64,000 bases of DNA from Trypanosoma brucei. Taxonomy: Eukaryota. How positions within the stretch are numbered: the first letter of the stretch is position 1; the number at the start of each line of letters is the position of its first letter. This document shows, in pieces, positions 1 to 11,131 of this stretch. The stretch is from positions 672,001-736,000 of the forward strand of contig AL929603.2 in NCBI GenBank assembly GCA_000002445.1, given 5' to 3'. Position numbers and translations under genes: made by a program. The notes under the pieces are model-generated. The model was not told the DNA's origin, did not search any database, and was given only the letters and a program-made list of their open reading frames with translations.

Positions 1-6
1 AAGGGC

Positions 7-660
7 ATGAAGTTTGCCTCCCCTCTCGGTCCCAGCGGTTGGGCGACGCGAAACAGTGGTACAGGTTCAACGGTGCTTGATGTAAACTGGGACTTGCGCG
101 AGCGGATGGATTATTATGTGCACTACAGCGTACCCTCTACCTGGACGGTGGTGGAGCATGTGAGTGACAACAGTGTTGCAATTCAGAGCAAACCACCTGT
201 TTGCGATAGTCCCGGAGCTGAAGGGCCAACTGTTCACGGGTTCTCTCTCAATTGCTTCGCCTACAAGCAAAAGGTCAAGGAGCCTGACTGTGAGAAGTTG
301 CTGAGCTTGTTCTTACATCGCTTCGACGCGTCTGTCTCAAATTCATTGGCTGTTTTATCGAAGGCATCAGGCCGTGGCAACGGCGTTATATGCGGCACTG
401 CGAAACCCGAGCAGGACATTAGCGAAGTGTTGGCTAACAGACTAGAATGTGCGGTGGCTGAGATTACGTTTACACCAGCTGTCGGGGAGCCATTAGCGCA
501 TGGTCTCTGCCGTGCTTTTTACAACTCGAACCGTAGATTTCATTATGTCGTTGTTGTTGCAGTACCGGAAGATGAGTTCACGTTGTCAAAAGATCTTCTC
601 ACCCATGCACTCCTCGCGGTTGTTGAGAGTCGAGTTGAGGCGGCGCCCAAAGGCACGTGA
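7..660 (+). CDS. hypothetical protein (reading frame is open to the window edge, so possibly 5'-truncated)
   Basis: ATG at 7 opens a 217-codon ORF with coding-like composition, co-directional with the downstream array. No domain recognisable by eye. Confidence 0.4.
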   Translation: MKFASPLGPSGWATRNSGTGSTVLDVNWDLRERMDYYVHYSVPSTWTVVEHVSDNSVAIQSKPPVCDSPGAEGPTVHGFSLNCFAYKQKVKEPDCEKLLSLFLHRFDASVSNSLAVLSKASGRGNGVICGTAKPEQDISEVLANRLECAVAEITFTPAVGEPLAHGLCRAFYNSNRRFHYVVVVAVPEDEFTLSKDLLTHALLAVVESRVEAAPKGT

Positions 661-1047
661 GTGCGCGGCACAAACGCATGCGAATGGCGGTCGTTCTGCC
701 ACGAAAGACGCTAAAAGCCTACGATTAAAAGCATGCGAATGGCACGCTTATCGACGAAACGGACGCGGTGGTGGAGTCACGCAACTCTCTTTGTCAGTGC
801 TTTATAACGACGTTGTGTGGTAAGGGACGCCTATTACGGGCTGGGACCGTACAGGTATCACTCTTATATCATCTCATGGGTGGGTAAATTTCGCTCTCCC
901 ATTATATCATTTCCTCCCTCAGAGTATTGCATCATTGTTCTAGTGTGTCGTGCTCCTATAGGCAAAAAGGGGGGGAAGCATCGCGGCGCTGCGACCAGAC
1001 ATTCATCTACTGATCTCATACCTGCACATACAAAGTAAGGCTCAACC

Positions 1048-2727
1048 ATGGAGGGGACGGAGTGCGGGACCGAACAAGCCAAAAGCTCCGTTCCGCTACG
1101 CACGCACAGCAACGAAAATCTGCTAAAGTTTGACACGCACGACAAATACTCAACTGTAGCATCCGTAAAGAAAGCGATCATGCGCAGTCTTCCACCACCG
1201 AAGACGAACGTACCACCACAACCGCTGTTCACCGGTTTGTTGCGTATGGCAAAGAGCCCTAACACGCCCCTCTTGTTCCTAGCATTTGAGACTCCCGAGC
1301 ACCGCGCGGCGGCAGCTGAAATGCTGAGCACAATGTCCTTCCGCGGGAGGAAGCCATGGCATGAAGTGCCCGTAACGCCACGAGACCTACAACTCACTTA
1401 CAAAGGTGCCGGCCGCAAGCGAGAGCGGACAGAAGATGCAGAGGGCCAAAGTAAGGTGACTCAATGGGGAGGCTGCCCAATGGAAGAACAACTGCAACGC
1501 AAAAAAAAGCACTGCTTGCAAGTAATGAGAGCTATAACCCTCGGCGGGGGCAGCGAATATGAGAAACTCTTCACGGGAATTCACCCTAGCCCGCATCAGA
1601 CAGGTTACCGAAATCACGTTCAGTTTACATTTGGCTTTACGGAAGCTGGAGAAGCAACGATTGGGTTTTTGAAAGGTTCTGTAATTGATGGGATATACGC
1701 CATTGAGTCTGTCTTGGAGAAAGATATTGAAACGGTAAATCCTCTTGCAAAGTTGGTGGCAGATGCGGTCATGACGGTCTATCACTTGTTCAAACCATTA
1801 GAGAAGGGTGGGCTGGAGGTCTACGACAAAATCAAAGAGGAGGGTTTTTGGCGTCGCCTCCAGGTGAGGCATAATGTGCTCGGAGAGGTTATGGTGGATG
1901 CCGAAATGGATACTGAAAGTGTGGCGGAGGATATTGTGGCGAGTGTCAAAGCACAGCTCGTAGCTGCGTTGCAGGGCGAAACGTTGAGGAAGAAACTTTG
2001 CGCTGCGCATGGCAAAGATACGGCAAATATCGTGAGTGTGCAGTACCACCATGGGACGGGTATGAACCCTGCACCTCCTGAAGCTCCTCGGCACGTTCTC
2101 TTCGGGAGTGCAACACTTACTGAGCATCTCTTGGGGCTGCAGTTTGAACTTAGCCCCACATCCTTTTTTCAGGTGAACACAGCCGGGATGGAGCTGCTAC
2201 TGCGCGAAACCGTGGCGGTAGCGGAGCTGACCCCCGAAACGACACTATTGGACCTCTGCTGTGGCACTGGAACGATTGGAATTGCCCTGGCCAAACACGT
2301 GAAACGGGTGATTGGTATTGAGCTTGTGGAATCGGCAGTGCGTGACGCCCGCCTGAATGCTGAGCGCAACGGCGTGAGGAATGCCACGTTCAACTGTGGT
2401 CGTGTAGAGCATCTCCTGCCCAGTGTTATTAGCCAGTTGAGTCCAGAAGATCGTAAGGACATCGTGGCGATACTCGACCCACCGCGTGCGGGCGTGACGC
2501 CAACGGTGCTAAAGTGGATACGCGGAACCGCTACAATACGCCGTCTTGTGTATATCTCGTGTGAACAGAAAGCCCTACAGCGGGATTGCCCACCGCTAAC
2601 GAAACCGGCGACGAAAGCCTACAGAGAATCTCCGTTTAACGTTGTGGCAGGATTTGCTATTGATATGTTCCCACATACACCACACGTCGAAATGGTGGCC
2701 GTCCTTTCCAGAAGTAATAGCTCATAA
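1048..2727 (+). CDS. tRNA (uracil-5)-methyltransferase, TrmA/RumA/TRM2 family (SAM-dependent)
   Basis: SAM-binding motif I 'LDLCCGTGTIG'. 'FFQVN' motif. Catalytic-Cys motif 'YISCEQ' corresponding to TrmA 'SCNP'. General-base motif 'DMFPHTPHVEMVAVL'. Start is ATG. Confidence 0.8.
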   Translation: MEGTECGTEQAKSSVPLRTHSNENLLKFDTHDKYSTVASVKKAIMRSLPPPKTNVPPQPLFTGLLRMAKSPNTPLLFLAFETPEHRAAAAEMLSTMSFRGRKPWHEVPVTPRDLQLTYKGAGRKRERTEDAEGQSKVTQWGGCPMEEQLQRKKKHCLQVMRAITLGGGSEYEKLFTGIHPSPHQTGYRNHVQFTFGFTEAGEATIGFLKGSVIDGIYAIESVLEKDIETVNPLAKLVADAVMTVYHLFKPLEKGGLEVYDKIKEEGFWRRLQVRHNVLGEVMVDAEMDTESVAEDIVASVKAQLVAALQGETLRKKLCAAHGKDTANIVSVQYHHGTGMNPAPPEAPRHVLFGSATLTEHLLGLQFELSPTSFFQVNTAGMELLLRETVAVAELTPETTLLDLCCGTGTIGIALAKHVKRVIGIELVESAVRDARLNAERNGVRNATFNCGRVEHLLPSVISQLSPEDRKDIVAILDPPRAGVTPTVLKWIRGTATIRRLVYISCEQKALQRDCPPLTKPATKAYRESPFNVVAGFAIDMFPHTPHVEMVAVLSRSNSS

Positions 2728-3212
2728 CACTTGAGCTCACACATACTACGGGAACTGTTGTTTTTCTTTTTTCCTTCCCCCGTGGGGAAAGAGCCGTCGC
2801 TTTCATATTATTTTTTCGTCTTCAAGGGTAGGGCCGCGCCACCCCTTACCGCTGTTCCCGTCCTCCTCGTTTAACCGTCGAGCACTCATTGCATATTTTC
2901 TTTTCATAATAACGGTGTAATGTAAGAAGGGAAATCGAATGTTGCCCAGAGGTGGGCAGCGACGGGCATCCCTTGCGGAAACAAAACTTTGGTCTCCCCT
3001 TCTCCATACACCATACCATCATCTGCATCACAATCCTCCACGCATACGGTTTACCCCCACTTCCCCGTCCTCTCGCTCCTATGATGCGCTTATGTCTGTG
3101 CCTCGTTAGTGCGGCCACGACTAGAGAAGGAAAGGAAAGACATCTGCGTCGGCTATCTCACGTTATCACCACCGCCCTCCTTCCCCGCCAGTAGAAAGCG
3201 TTGAAAAGAGCG

Positions 3213-4454
3213 ATGTCTGCGTGGGCCTCTGGAGATACACTAGAGAGGTTGAAGCTAAAGCCCGAAACTGCTCCTAGCAATAGGGGTAACGGTCGGCAGG
3301 CGTCCGCTGACGCCACGAGCAGCACCTCAGTTAAGGCAACTAGTAATGCGGATGCCGAAGGTGTTGTGCAAGCCTCCATGGCTGCAACAATAGCCTCCAC
3401 CAATAAAAACAAAAACAAGAAAGCATTGGAAGGCAAGGTATCGAAAAAGAATGCCCCTAAAAACACAGCCCACACTGCGGATGAAAAACAGCCACCCACA
3501 CAGGAACAGACAGCATCGTCCTCTGGGGGTGCGAAGCGGAACGAGCCAAAGAAAGGGGCGTCTGACTCCCGTGACTGTCCCGTTACACTTCCAAGCGACG
3601 TAGCAGAGCTTGTAGTGAATGCATTCACATTCATCGGCACCGTGCAAGCACTGAGGGCGGGAACAAGTACGGATGGAAGGGAGTCGATGCTCTCTGCGGC
3701 GGTTAGGGCACCAGAGTTCGTGCCACAACGCAGGGATTACGCCGTGCAGAACGCCACGTCGGGCAGCGACACCCAACATGTGGGCGAGCTTGCCAGTAAC
3801 GCCTACCCGATGCATCATCACCACCACCATCACCACTATCAGCTGCACCAACAACAAAAGCAACCGCAGCACACGCCGCTGGTATCGACCTCGCGGGTGC
3901 AACAACAGGAACAACCACCGTGGGCACCCTACTACAATGACCAGCAGCACCGACAGCATCACAGCGTGCACCACCATCGCCATCAGCAGCAGCAACAACA
4001 GCTAGCGTACGGTCAACCCGACTGCACGACGGGAAAGATGTACCACGATGCATACAGCCCTGTAGACTACGATATGAATCTTTGTGCTGCACCTCCGTAC
4101 TCGCGCATGTACAGCGGGTATCCCGGAATGTGCATGGGCGCCAACATGCTCCCCAACATGAGCGGTTACGGTGGACTTGCCCTCCGCCGACCTTTACCGT
4201 ACTTTCCACAGCAACAGAATCAAGTGACTGCCTACAAGTCAACCCATGTTGGCCAACAGCAGCCGTGGATGCGCAATGACAGTGGTCCGTCTAATGCTAG
4301 GAAAGGAAGTGGTGCGGGTCAATGGTATCCGGGGGGACAAGCCGGCTTTAACGATGCCTTGAGTGTGTGGAATCAGCAGCGGAACGCCGGAAACTGGGCA
4401 AGGCAGGCGGAGCAAAGTGGGCCAGCGGGAGCGCACACATCTTCCGCACCATGA
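3213..4454 (+). CDS. low-complexity protein with a His8 run and a Q/H/Y/G/N-rich C-terminal half (hypothetical)
   Basis: Track ORF starts at TTG 3201; the first ATG is at 3213 (MSAWASGD...). N-terminal half is K/A/S-rich. C-terminal half contains HHHHHHHH, poly-Q and a Y/G/N/Q prion-like composition. Confidence 0.5.
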   Translation: MSAWASGDTLERLKLKPETAPSNRGNGRQASADATSSTSVKATSNADAEGVVQASMAATIASTNKNKNKKALEGKVSKKNAPKNTAHTADEKQPPTQEQTASSSGGAKRNEPKKGASDSRDCPVTLPSDVAELVVNAFTFIGTVQALRAGTSTDGRESMLSAAVRAPEFVPQRRDYAVQNATSGSDTQHVGELASNAYPMHHHHHHHHYQLHQQQKQPQHTPLVSTSRVQQQEQPPWAPYYNDQQHRQHHSVHHHRHQQQQQQLAYGQPDCTTGKMYHDAYSPVDYDMNLCAAPPYSRMYSGYPGMCMGANMLPNMSGYGGLALRRPLPYFPQQQNQVTAYKSTHVGQQQPWMRNDSGPSNARKGSGAGQWYPGGQAGFNDALSVWNQQRNAGNWARQAEQSGPAGAHTSSAP

Positions 4455-4685
4455 GAAACGCCTCGATATAATAATAACTTAAAATACAAAAGGAAACGAA
4501 AAACAATGGATGAATATAAGTGGGGAAACAATAAAGTAGCGGAAGAGTCTAAGGAGAAAGAGAAGAAACGAGCAGGGTGAGAATGGGGGGAAAAGAGATA
4601 AATAAAACGGGTGGAGAAAAGAAGTGTTGGGAGTACCATCGCAGGAGTTTTTCAAAAGAAAAAAGGGAGCAAAAAGTAATTTGTG

Positions 4686-4905
4686 TTGATTTACACGTGG
4701 TGGTTTCCTTTCTTCTGTACCTGTCCTGTTCTTTTCTTCCCCATTTTAACTTTTTCACCCCTATTTGTTCATTCCTTTCGCCGACGCCAAAAGTTGTTGG
4801 ACGTAACAAATATCTTCCCCTCCCCCCCCCTTCCTCTTCACCTCTCACCCCCCCCCCCCAATCCCTTGTTCGCTACTTCTCTTATTGGTGATCTTCTTAC
4901 GGTAT
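4686..4905 (+). promoter_or_regulatory. ~200-nt polypyrimidine (CT-rich) tract in the 1.3-kb spacer upstream of alpha-SNAP
   Basis: 'ttcctttcttctgtacctgtcctgttcttttcttcccc...cccctccccccccc ttcctcttcacctctcacccccccccccaatcc'. Typical kinetoplastid trans-splicing and polyadenylation signal. Confidence 0.45.
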
Positions 4906-5296
4906 ATTTTATGTATTTGTGTCACGAGTGGTGGTGAAACTGGGGTGGGGAAGGAAAGAGTGGTTCTAGGTCGATTGTTGTGATAGGGATGATTAAATAA
5001 ATAAAAGGAGGGTATGAATGAAGGAGCGGAAAAGGTTTGGAGGCAGGAACTCTTGTTTGTTTATGGGTGTTAATTGTTACCTTCAGTGTCCAAGCATGCA
5101 ACTAGTGAAGGTAGGGAAAGGAGTGGAGGAAAGTAAGGGGAAAAAACTTGGGGTTATTTTTCCATTATGAGCTAAGAAATGGTGATGGAAGATTGAATAC
5201 CCAAAGATAGGTAACATGAGAAAGAAACAGGTTTCACACGCTCATACACCCCTTCATTTCGTTTGCTTCTCCATCTTCGGCTTGCCTGCCAGCACA

Positions 5297-5322
5297 CCCC
5301 CCCCCCCACACACACACACACA
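5297..5322. repeat. poly-C run followed by a (CA)n microsatellite
   Basis: 'cccccccccccacacacacacacacaagc'. Confidence 0.85.
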
Positions 5323-5765
5323 AGCCCGTCATTTGGGTCTCGCTTACTCGCAAACGCTCGCTTCCTCAACCTACGCATACATACATATATATTTATACAT
5401 ATACGACACGTGTTTGTGTTTGATGTGGTTCACATCCTTGCACTCGTCTTCTTTCGTACACCCATCATTGATTACCCTCTTTTAAAGGGGAGAGTGGGTG
5501 TTGAAGGAATTGGGCTAATAAAACTTGTTGCAATGCCTGTGCGTATGTGTTTGTACACGTGCACACAGCTTCGTAAATCTCCCCCTCGCCACCCCCTGCT
5601 GGAGTGTGTCTTTAGGTCTCCAAGGAGAAAAAATAATCCTTCTTACTTGCATTCCCGTAGTAAACGGACCCAGTCAAAGGGGTACGCAGAATTAGGAACC
5701 ACGGCGTTTCCGGCGTATAACGACAGCAGTTGATACAGAAACGCAAGCAGCACAACACCACCTTC

Positions 5766-6611
5766 ATGTCTGCTGAGTCCATATACCGCGATGCGGAGAA
5801 GAAGCTCAAGAAGTGGTTCTTCGTGGACTACGATGAAGCGATGGAATTGTTTGAAAAAGCCGCTGGCCGTTTCAAAGCGGAGAGAAACTACAGCCGTGCC
5901 GGCGATGCCTTCATGAAGGCACATGACTGCGCTATGAGATCTAAGAACCCCGTTGCCGCCGGACGCTTCTGTTCGGAAGCGGTGGTTATGTACCAAAAGA
6001 CCGACAGAACCAAAGCCGCGGCGCTGCTAGACATGGCCGTGCGTACGCAGATTGACAACAACAAGCTGCGTGAGGCGGCTAAACTGGAGAAGGATTACGC
6101 CGACGCGATTTACGAAGACGGGCACGGGATGGAAGCCATCACTCACTACGAAAAGGCGCGGCGGTACTTCGACGCGGAGGATTACAAATCTCAGGTGAAG
6201 AACTGTGACGTCGCCATAGCAAATATATACGGTGAGAATGATATGTTTGACAAGGCCCTAGCACTGTTTGAGCGACTCGGCAACACAAGTGCGAGTGGTC
6301 CGCTACGCCACGAAGCGAAAGAATTCTATATGCGGGCCATGCTCTGCCGTCTTGCTTCAATTGGAGAGGACAACCGAGAGGTAGGCTCTGCAGAGGCAGC
6401 GGAAGCGCTCAGCGCGTACATGAAGCGAGACCCGTACTTGAAGAATACACGGGAGGCGGAGTCTTTGCAGAAACTTTTGGAGGCAGTAGAAGAGTCGAAC
6501 GAAGAAAAGTTTGAGGATGCCGTTTCACTTCTTCAAGAACTCCGCATGCTAGACGAATGGAAAACGCACGTGCTTCTTGTGGTGAAGAACAAAATGAGTA
6601 GTCTGTTGTAG
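5766..6611 (+). CDS. alpha-soluble NSF attachment protein (alpha-SNAP)
   Basis: Track ORF starts at TTG 5730; the first ATG is at 5766. TPR-like helical repeats. The C-terminal 'KLLEAVEESNEEKFEDAVSLLQELRMLDEWKTHVLLVVK' matches the alpha-SNAP C-terminus (KKLLEAHEEQN...YDSISRLDQWLTTMLLRIK). The length (~280 aa) is typical. Confidence 0.7.
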   Translation: MSAESIYRDAEKKLKKWFFVDYDEAMELFEKAAGRFKAERNYSRAGDAFMKAHDCAMRSKNPVAAGRFCSEAVVMYQKTDRTKAAALLDMAVRTQIDNNKLREAAKLEKDYADAIYEDGHGMEAITHYEKARRYFDAEDYKSQVKNCDVAIANIYGENDMFDKALALFERLGNTSASGPLRHEAKEFYMRAMLCRLASIGEDNREVGSAEAAEALSAYMKRDPYLKNTREAESLQKLLEAVEESNEEKFEDAVSLLQELRMLDEWKTHVLLVVKNKMSSLL

Positions 6612-7152
6612 GGTGGAGTTCCACCCCTTGAAGTTGTGAGGAAGTATGGAAGGGGTCGATAGCAGGGGGACGGGCACCTCTTTTGCCATAGCTTTCTCAA
6701 CAACTTCACTGGCACACCATTCTTCGACAGAGTATTATTTTACAGTTGGCATTGCTACTTTTCTCTCCGTTTTTTTTTCCTGGCGGTAATCACGCCTTTT
6801 CGCTCTGCCCCGCCCCCCCCCCCCCTCTCCTTTGAAAACTGCTTGTAACGCCGCCGTCCCGTGTCTTCAGCAGGAAGTACGAGTTAGCTCAAGCCTCAGG
6901 AAGAGCTAGTTTTTTACTTTATACACCCAACTTACCACAACCAGGGAGAAAAAAACTAAAAGGACAAATGTGGTAGATCGTCTTATTCCAGTGATGCGTG
7001 AAATAACCTTTCGATCCATCCTGTTTACACTTGAGCTCCCACCATTGTATTGTATCTTCCCAACCCCCTTCGCATGATTGAGACCCCTCTCATTTATGTC
7101 TGCTTTTTTTTTTTCGTCCATCTTCGCACGCATAATTCACAAGCCATAGACA

Positions 7153-10100
7153 ATGAGGCGCACTCAGGTTCGAAATAGTCGCCTCCATGACATAAAAGAC
7201 TCACCGTCTAACGAAGCGGAAGTGCAAGCTGTGCTCGCAGCTGCCAAAGCATCAGAGGGTGATGCATGGAATGCAGTCCGTTTGCTTGCCGGCTGTGCAC
7301 GTTGCACGCTACAAGCGGGTCGTGGACACCTTGCACTTCCGCTTATAGTTGCATCTTTTGAGCTGTCACCCGAGCCCTTTAGGCAACTGGTCGGCTTACA
7401 ACAGCTGACGGTTGATGGCTCTCAACAGCAGATACTTCAGGAAATCGCCGAGAATGACGCATTCACAAAAAACGAAAGGGGGGCAAACGGCATTATGTCC
7501 ACAGTTTTGATCGTTTGGCATGGTGTGGTGGTCTCCGTTGCTCAGAATGGCAGTTGTCCAAAAGACTTCCTTCGATTTTCACACTGCATTGCGCACTTGC
7601 TCTCGCTCCTACCGGGTGCAGATGGAGTCGTTCACGAGGATCTGTCCGCGTGCTGGTTGTACAATATTATTATGTTCGCACACAAGTGTAAGTGCATGAA
7701 GGCGGTGGCACATTATCTGCTTGAAGGAATGTTGGCAGACGTTAGTGAGCTTCCAGAGGACTTGCGCGACGCAAGCACGCTTCAATCCCTCCCCTTCGCC
7801 TTCAGAAAATGGGGCGCGGCGAAGGCTTTTGTCCACGCAGGTGTCCGCAAGCACGCGGTAGCGACCATGTTTAAAAGGCTTTGTTTAGCTCTCTATACGG
7901 AGGGGTGTGACGATTTGCGGACAGTGCAGAGAGAAATCGATTCCAGGGCTCTCGCCGTGACAAATGCTCTCCAGCAGACCTTTGGCAGCGAAACATCGCA
8001 CTACATGGTAGACTTCCACCGCCCACTCCGCATGGAAGCACAACATATAGCTCTTTTGTGTCAACATGCGATGGACGAGGACCAACTCTGCACGCCGCGC
8101 GGACAATTTGGTTGTATCCGCCTAGCGTGTCTCTTGAAGAGGGCAGCAAACAAAATCATGGCTCCAACCATGAACGAGTGCAAGTTGGTGTCGCTCTCCA
8201 GTGTGGTGGCGCTCGCGTTGAGGCACCAATACATTGACATAGCAGCGGAGATACTGCAGACGGGTGTCGAAACTGTGGATCCATCTGATGAATCGCTGCT
8301 TCTGTGGGGAAAAGATTTAGAGCTCGTTCTTGCGCAAAACCTGTCGGCACACCTACCGGCGGCAGCGCAATGTCCAGTTAAGCCAGTCGAAAGGGCTCGC
8401 GACGAGGCTAGCTCTGGTGTTGACGACAAGGTGGGAGTAGGGACGGTGGGGGCACCGGAACCGACACAACTCCTCCACGAAGTTGTGCAGGGGAGTCTCA
8501 GCGACGCAGAGGCCGTGCGCGTTCTTGCACTTGCCGACGACTTAACACAACTGCTCCCGATAGGGCTGACACTCCTCCGTGGCCGAGGCACATTACAACA
8601 GCGATTGCTAGCTGACAAGATTGCCGTGCCGTTCGTCATTGGCGCCTTGGCTCGACTTGTTCAGTTGCTTGTAAATGAAGGGGACATGCCGCTCGTGAGG
8701 TGTTTTCTACCATTCATTGCTCACCTCTGTGTGGGAGTCCCATCGCGTGCCCATCTGTTATTTACGCTTCAGGCAATCGCCGCTTTTGCGAAGGGTTTCC
8801 CAGGTGACACGGGGGAGTGGGCCTCCATTGCGTCAGCTCTCAGTCAGTTCTCGCCACTACGGTCGATAGATGCGGCGCCATCCTACTGTCATACCAAGGC
8901 AATTACGACAGGGCGCACATTTGCCTCTCGGCGCCGCGTATTTGATGCGCTCCGCGTCTGTAGAAAGACACCCAAAACGATGATGCATTCCTATTGCCAG
9001 GTTCAGGTGTCTCTGCTGGGGGAGGGAGGGGGAGTTCGGCTGCTTCGCACCACCCACGTCAGGACAACGGCTGATACCCGTTGGGAAAAGGTGTTACGGA
9101 TTGAGTATCTACTGCTACAGTTAGTGGAAGAAATGAAGATCATTGAGCGACGGAACCGAGATCATTTGCGTTCGACTGATCAGGGGGAGTCTCCTTTGTG
9201 CGAAGATCTGCCAGTATCTTCGTTGCGCTCCGATATTAGTGTCGGACCCGTGTGTTGTAGCGTAGGCGGCGCACAGGATGCGAGAAAAGCACGGGAGGAA
9301 TGGTGGAACGAGCGGCGGGCGCTGGACCGATCCATCGGGGCGGTGGTCCAATCCATGCAGTCCCCGGAGGGATTTGGCTGTTGGCGGGCGGCACTGTGCG
9401 GCGAGCTTCCCGATTCCTGTCAAGTAGCCGTGTGGGACGCAACAAAAGAACTGCTCTCAGGTTTGGGTTTACCTGCGCAGCACGAGGGTGATGTATCGCT
9501 GGTGCTTGCAGCACTCCCCTTCGTGGGAGACCGGCACCCGGAGGACGGCGACTTGTTATTCAACCCGTCACACGTTGGACCCACGAATCCCTGCGGCTGC
9601 TGCGATGAAACGTTGAGGAGGCTCTCCACGGCACTTGAGCAAGAGCTGATTACCCACCTGGATGCAAAGTTAGTTAATGAACCTACTGCGTGCCGGAAAG
9701 CTTGCTTACATGTGCTCACAGCAATGCATGCCGTGATATCGGAAAAGAAATGTAACCAGCCGGTGGATCACGGGGGGGAACCAGAAAAACGGTTGACGGA
9801 CGGATGCTATCACGTGAATTTGTATGAAATCCCTCGCACACCTGTATATTTAGTTCTTGATAATGAGCTCCACTGCCTTCCCTTCGAAGGTATTGATGTT
9901 CTCCGTCACGGCAGCGTCTCTCGCGTCCCGACTGTTTCATTCGTTTCGACTTTTACGAGCACCCTTGGCCAGCGAAATGATTCCTGTCACTCAAGCGGTG
10001 ATTACATCGAAAAGGGAGGAAAAAATGCGGCTGGTTGCGCAGGAACGGTGTGCTGTGTTATTGATCCGGCGGGAGTTATGTCCAAGACATTGAGGCGGCT

Positions 10101-10632
10101 CCTCCCACTGTGCAGTCGAAAGGGCTGGGTTGTGAAATCGCACAATTCGCCGCCCTCAGCGCGTTTGCTGAGAGAAATGTACAGGGCAGGTGTGCGATTG
10201 TATGTGTATGTCGGTCACGGAAAGGGAGAGCAAATTATTCAACGCGGGGAATTGTATGAGCGCGTCCCTGATCCTGCGAATTTCCCTTCTGTGTTCTTGA
10301 TGGGCTGTAGCAGCGCTTACATGGATGGGGGACTGACGTACGATTGCTATGGTATGCCCTACGCCTTTCTGCACGCAGGGGCGCCACTCTTCGTTGGTTG
10401 TCTATGGCATGTCACAGATGGGGAAATCGACCGTCTGACAAAGCGTTTGCTGTCATTTGTTTCATACGGAGGGGGCAGTGGCGATGACTTCGGCGTTTGC
10501 CGCACCATGGCAGCTGGTGAAGCCTTGCGTCTTGCGCGCAAGTCATGCAAACTGCCCTACCTGACGGGGTGCGCCACAGTCCTTTACGGCATGAACCTCC
10601 CGCTTGGGGGTACACCGGGTGGAGCGATGTGA
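7153..10632 (+). CDS. separase (separin, peptidase C50)
   Basis: 1159-aa protein. The C-terminal caspase-like domain has 'LYVYVGHGKGEQ' (catalytic His) and 'SVFLMGCSSAYM' (catalytic Cys) at the spacing and context seen in Esp1/separases. The N-terminal region is long and helical. Confidence 0.7.
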   Translation: MRRTQVRNSRLHDIKDSPSNEAEVQAVLAAAKASEGDAWNAVRLLAGCARCTLQAGRGHLALPLIVASFELSPEPFRQLVGLQQLTVDGSQQQILQEIAENDAFTKNERGANGIMSTVLIVWHGVVVSVAQNGSCPKDFLRFSHCIAHLLSLLPGADGVVHEDLSACWLYNIIMFAHKCKCMKAVAHYLLEGMLADVSELPEDLRDASTLQSLPFAFRKWGAAKAFVHAGVRKHAVATMFKRLCLALYTEGCDDLRTVQREIDSRALAVTNALQQTFGSETSHYMVDFHRPLRMEAQHIALLCQHAMDEDQLCTPRGQFGCIRLACLLKRAANKIMAPTMNECKLVSLSSVVALALRHQYIDIAAEILQTGVETVDPSDESLLLWGKDLELVLAQNLSAHLPAAAQCPVKPVERARDEASSGVDDKVGVGTVGAPEPTQLLHEVVQGSLSDAEAVRVLALADDLTQLLPIGLTLLRGRGTLQQRLLADKIAVPFVIGALARLVQLLVNEGDMPLVRCFLPFIAHLCVGVPSRAHLLFTLQAIAAFAKGFPGDTGEWASIASALSQFSPLRSIDAAPSYCHTKAITTGRTFASRRRVFDALRVCRKTPKTMMHSYCQVQVSLLGEGGGVRLLRTTHVRTTADTRWEKVLRIEYLLLQLVEEMKIIERRNRDHLRSTDQGESPLCEDLPVSSLRSDISVGPVCCSVGGAQDARKAREEWWNERRALDRSIGAVVQSMQSPEGFGCWRAALCGELPDSCQVAVWDATKELLSGLGLPAQHEGDVSLVLAALPFVGDRHPEDGDLLFNPSHVGPTNPCGCCDETLRRLSTALEQELITHLDAKLVNEPTACRKACLHVLTAMHAVISEKKCNQPVDHGGEPEKRLTDGCYHVNLYEIPRTPVYLVLDNELHCLPFEGIDVLRHGSVSRVPTVSFVSTFTSTLGQRNDSCHSSGDYIEKGGKNAAGCAGTVCCVIDPAGVMSKTLRRLLPLCSRKGWVVKSHNSPPSARLLREMYRAGVRLYVYVGHGKGEQIIQRGELYERVPDPANFPSVFLMGCSSAYMDGGLTYDCYGMPYAFLHAGAPLFVGCLWHVTDGEIDRLTKRLLSFVSYGGGSGDDFGVCRTMAAGEALRLARKSCKLPYLTGCATVLYGMNLPLGGTPGGAM

Positions 10633-11131
10633 CCTCCGATCTGCCTTGTTAGCTCGGGCCCAACATTTGATATATTCACCTTTGCACGTGCATGCACACG
10701 CATGCCTGCATATGCGTGTGGTGAGAAAACGAACGGAGCCCGCATTCTTGAGTTGCACAGTTGTACGACCCACCCAACCTATCCCATACCTTCACCTGTG
10801 CGGGTGGGGGCGCATTGCTCGTCGAATCAAAAGAGGACGGCGGCGGTTTTCGTTCTCCTCCCCCCCCCTCCCGATTCCTCTGTATTGCACAACAATACGC
10901 AGTGAACATTGCGCGCACGTGGGAGTGAATATCCACTTCTGTTATCATATTGTTCATCTAGCACCCCTCTGAATCTTGATTATTTCTTCTCAACATTCTT
11001 TTGGCAGCTTTTAAATTCCCTCCGCTGTCATAATATCAAGTAATAGACAAAAAAGGAAGCGAGGCAGGTAGGTAGATAGGGAAAGGCCGATACCCACCTA
11101 CCCATCCTACCTCCCACCATCAAGGAGACGG

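Noticed and set aside
864-1397. 177-aa minus-strand ORF overlapping the start of the TRM2-like gene
   Set aside because: It overlaps the 5' end and leader of a confidently called gene, and no domain is recognisable.
8061-8639. 192-aa minus-strand ORF inside separase, and similar antisense ORFs (3327..3998, 3703..4242, 23481..24152, 28570..29064, 35943..36568, 39582..39938)
   Set aside because: All lie fully inside long, well-supported + strand genes and have S/R/P/A-rich antisense-type composition.
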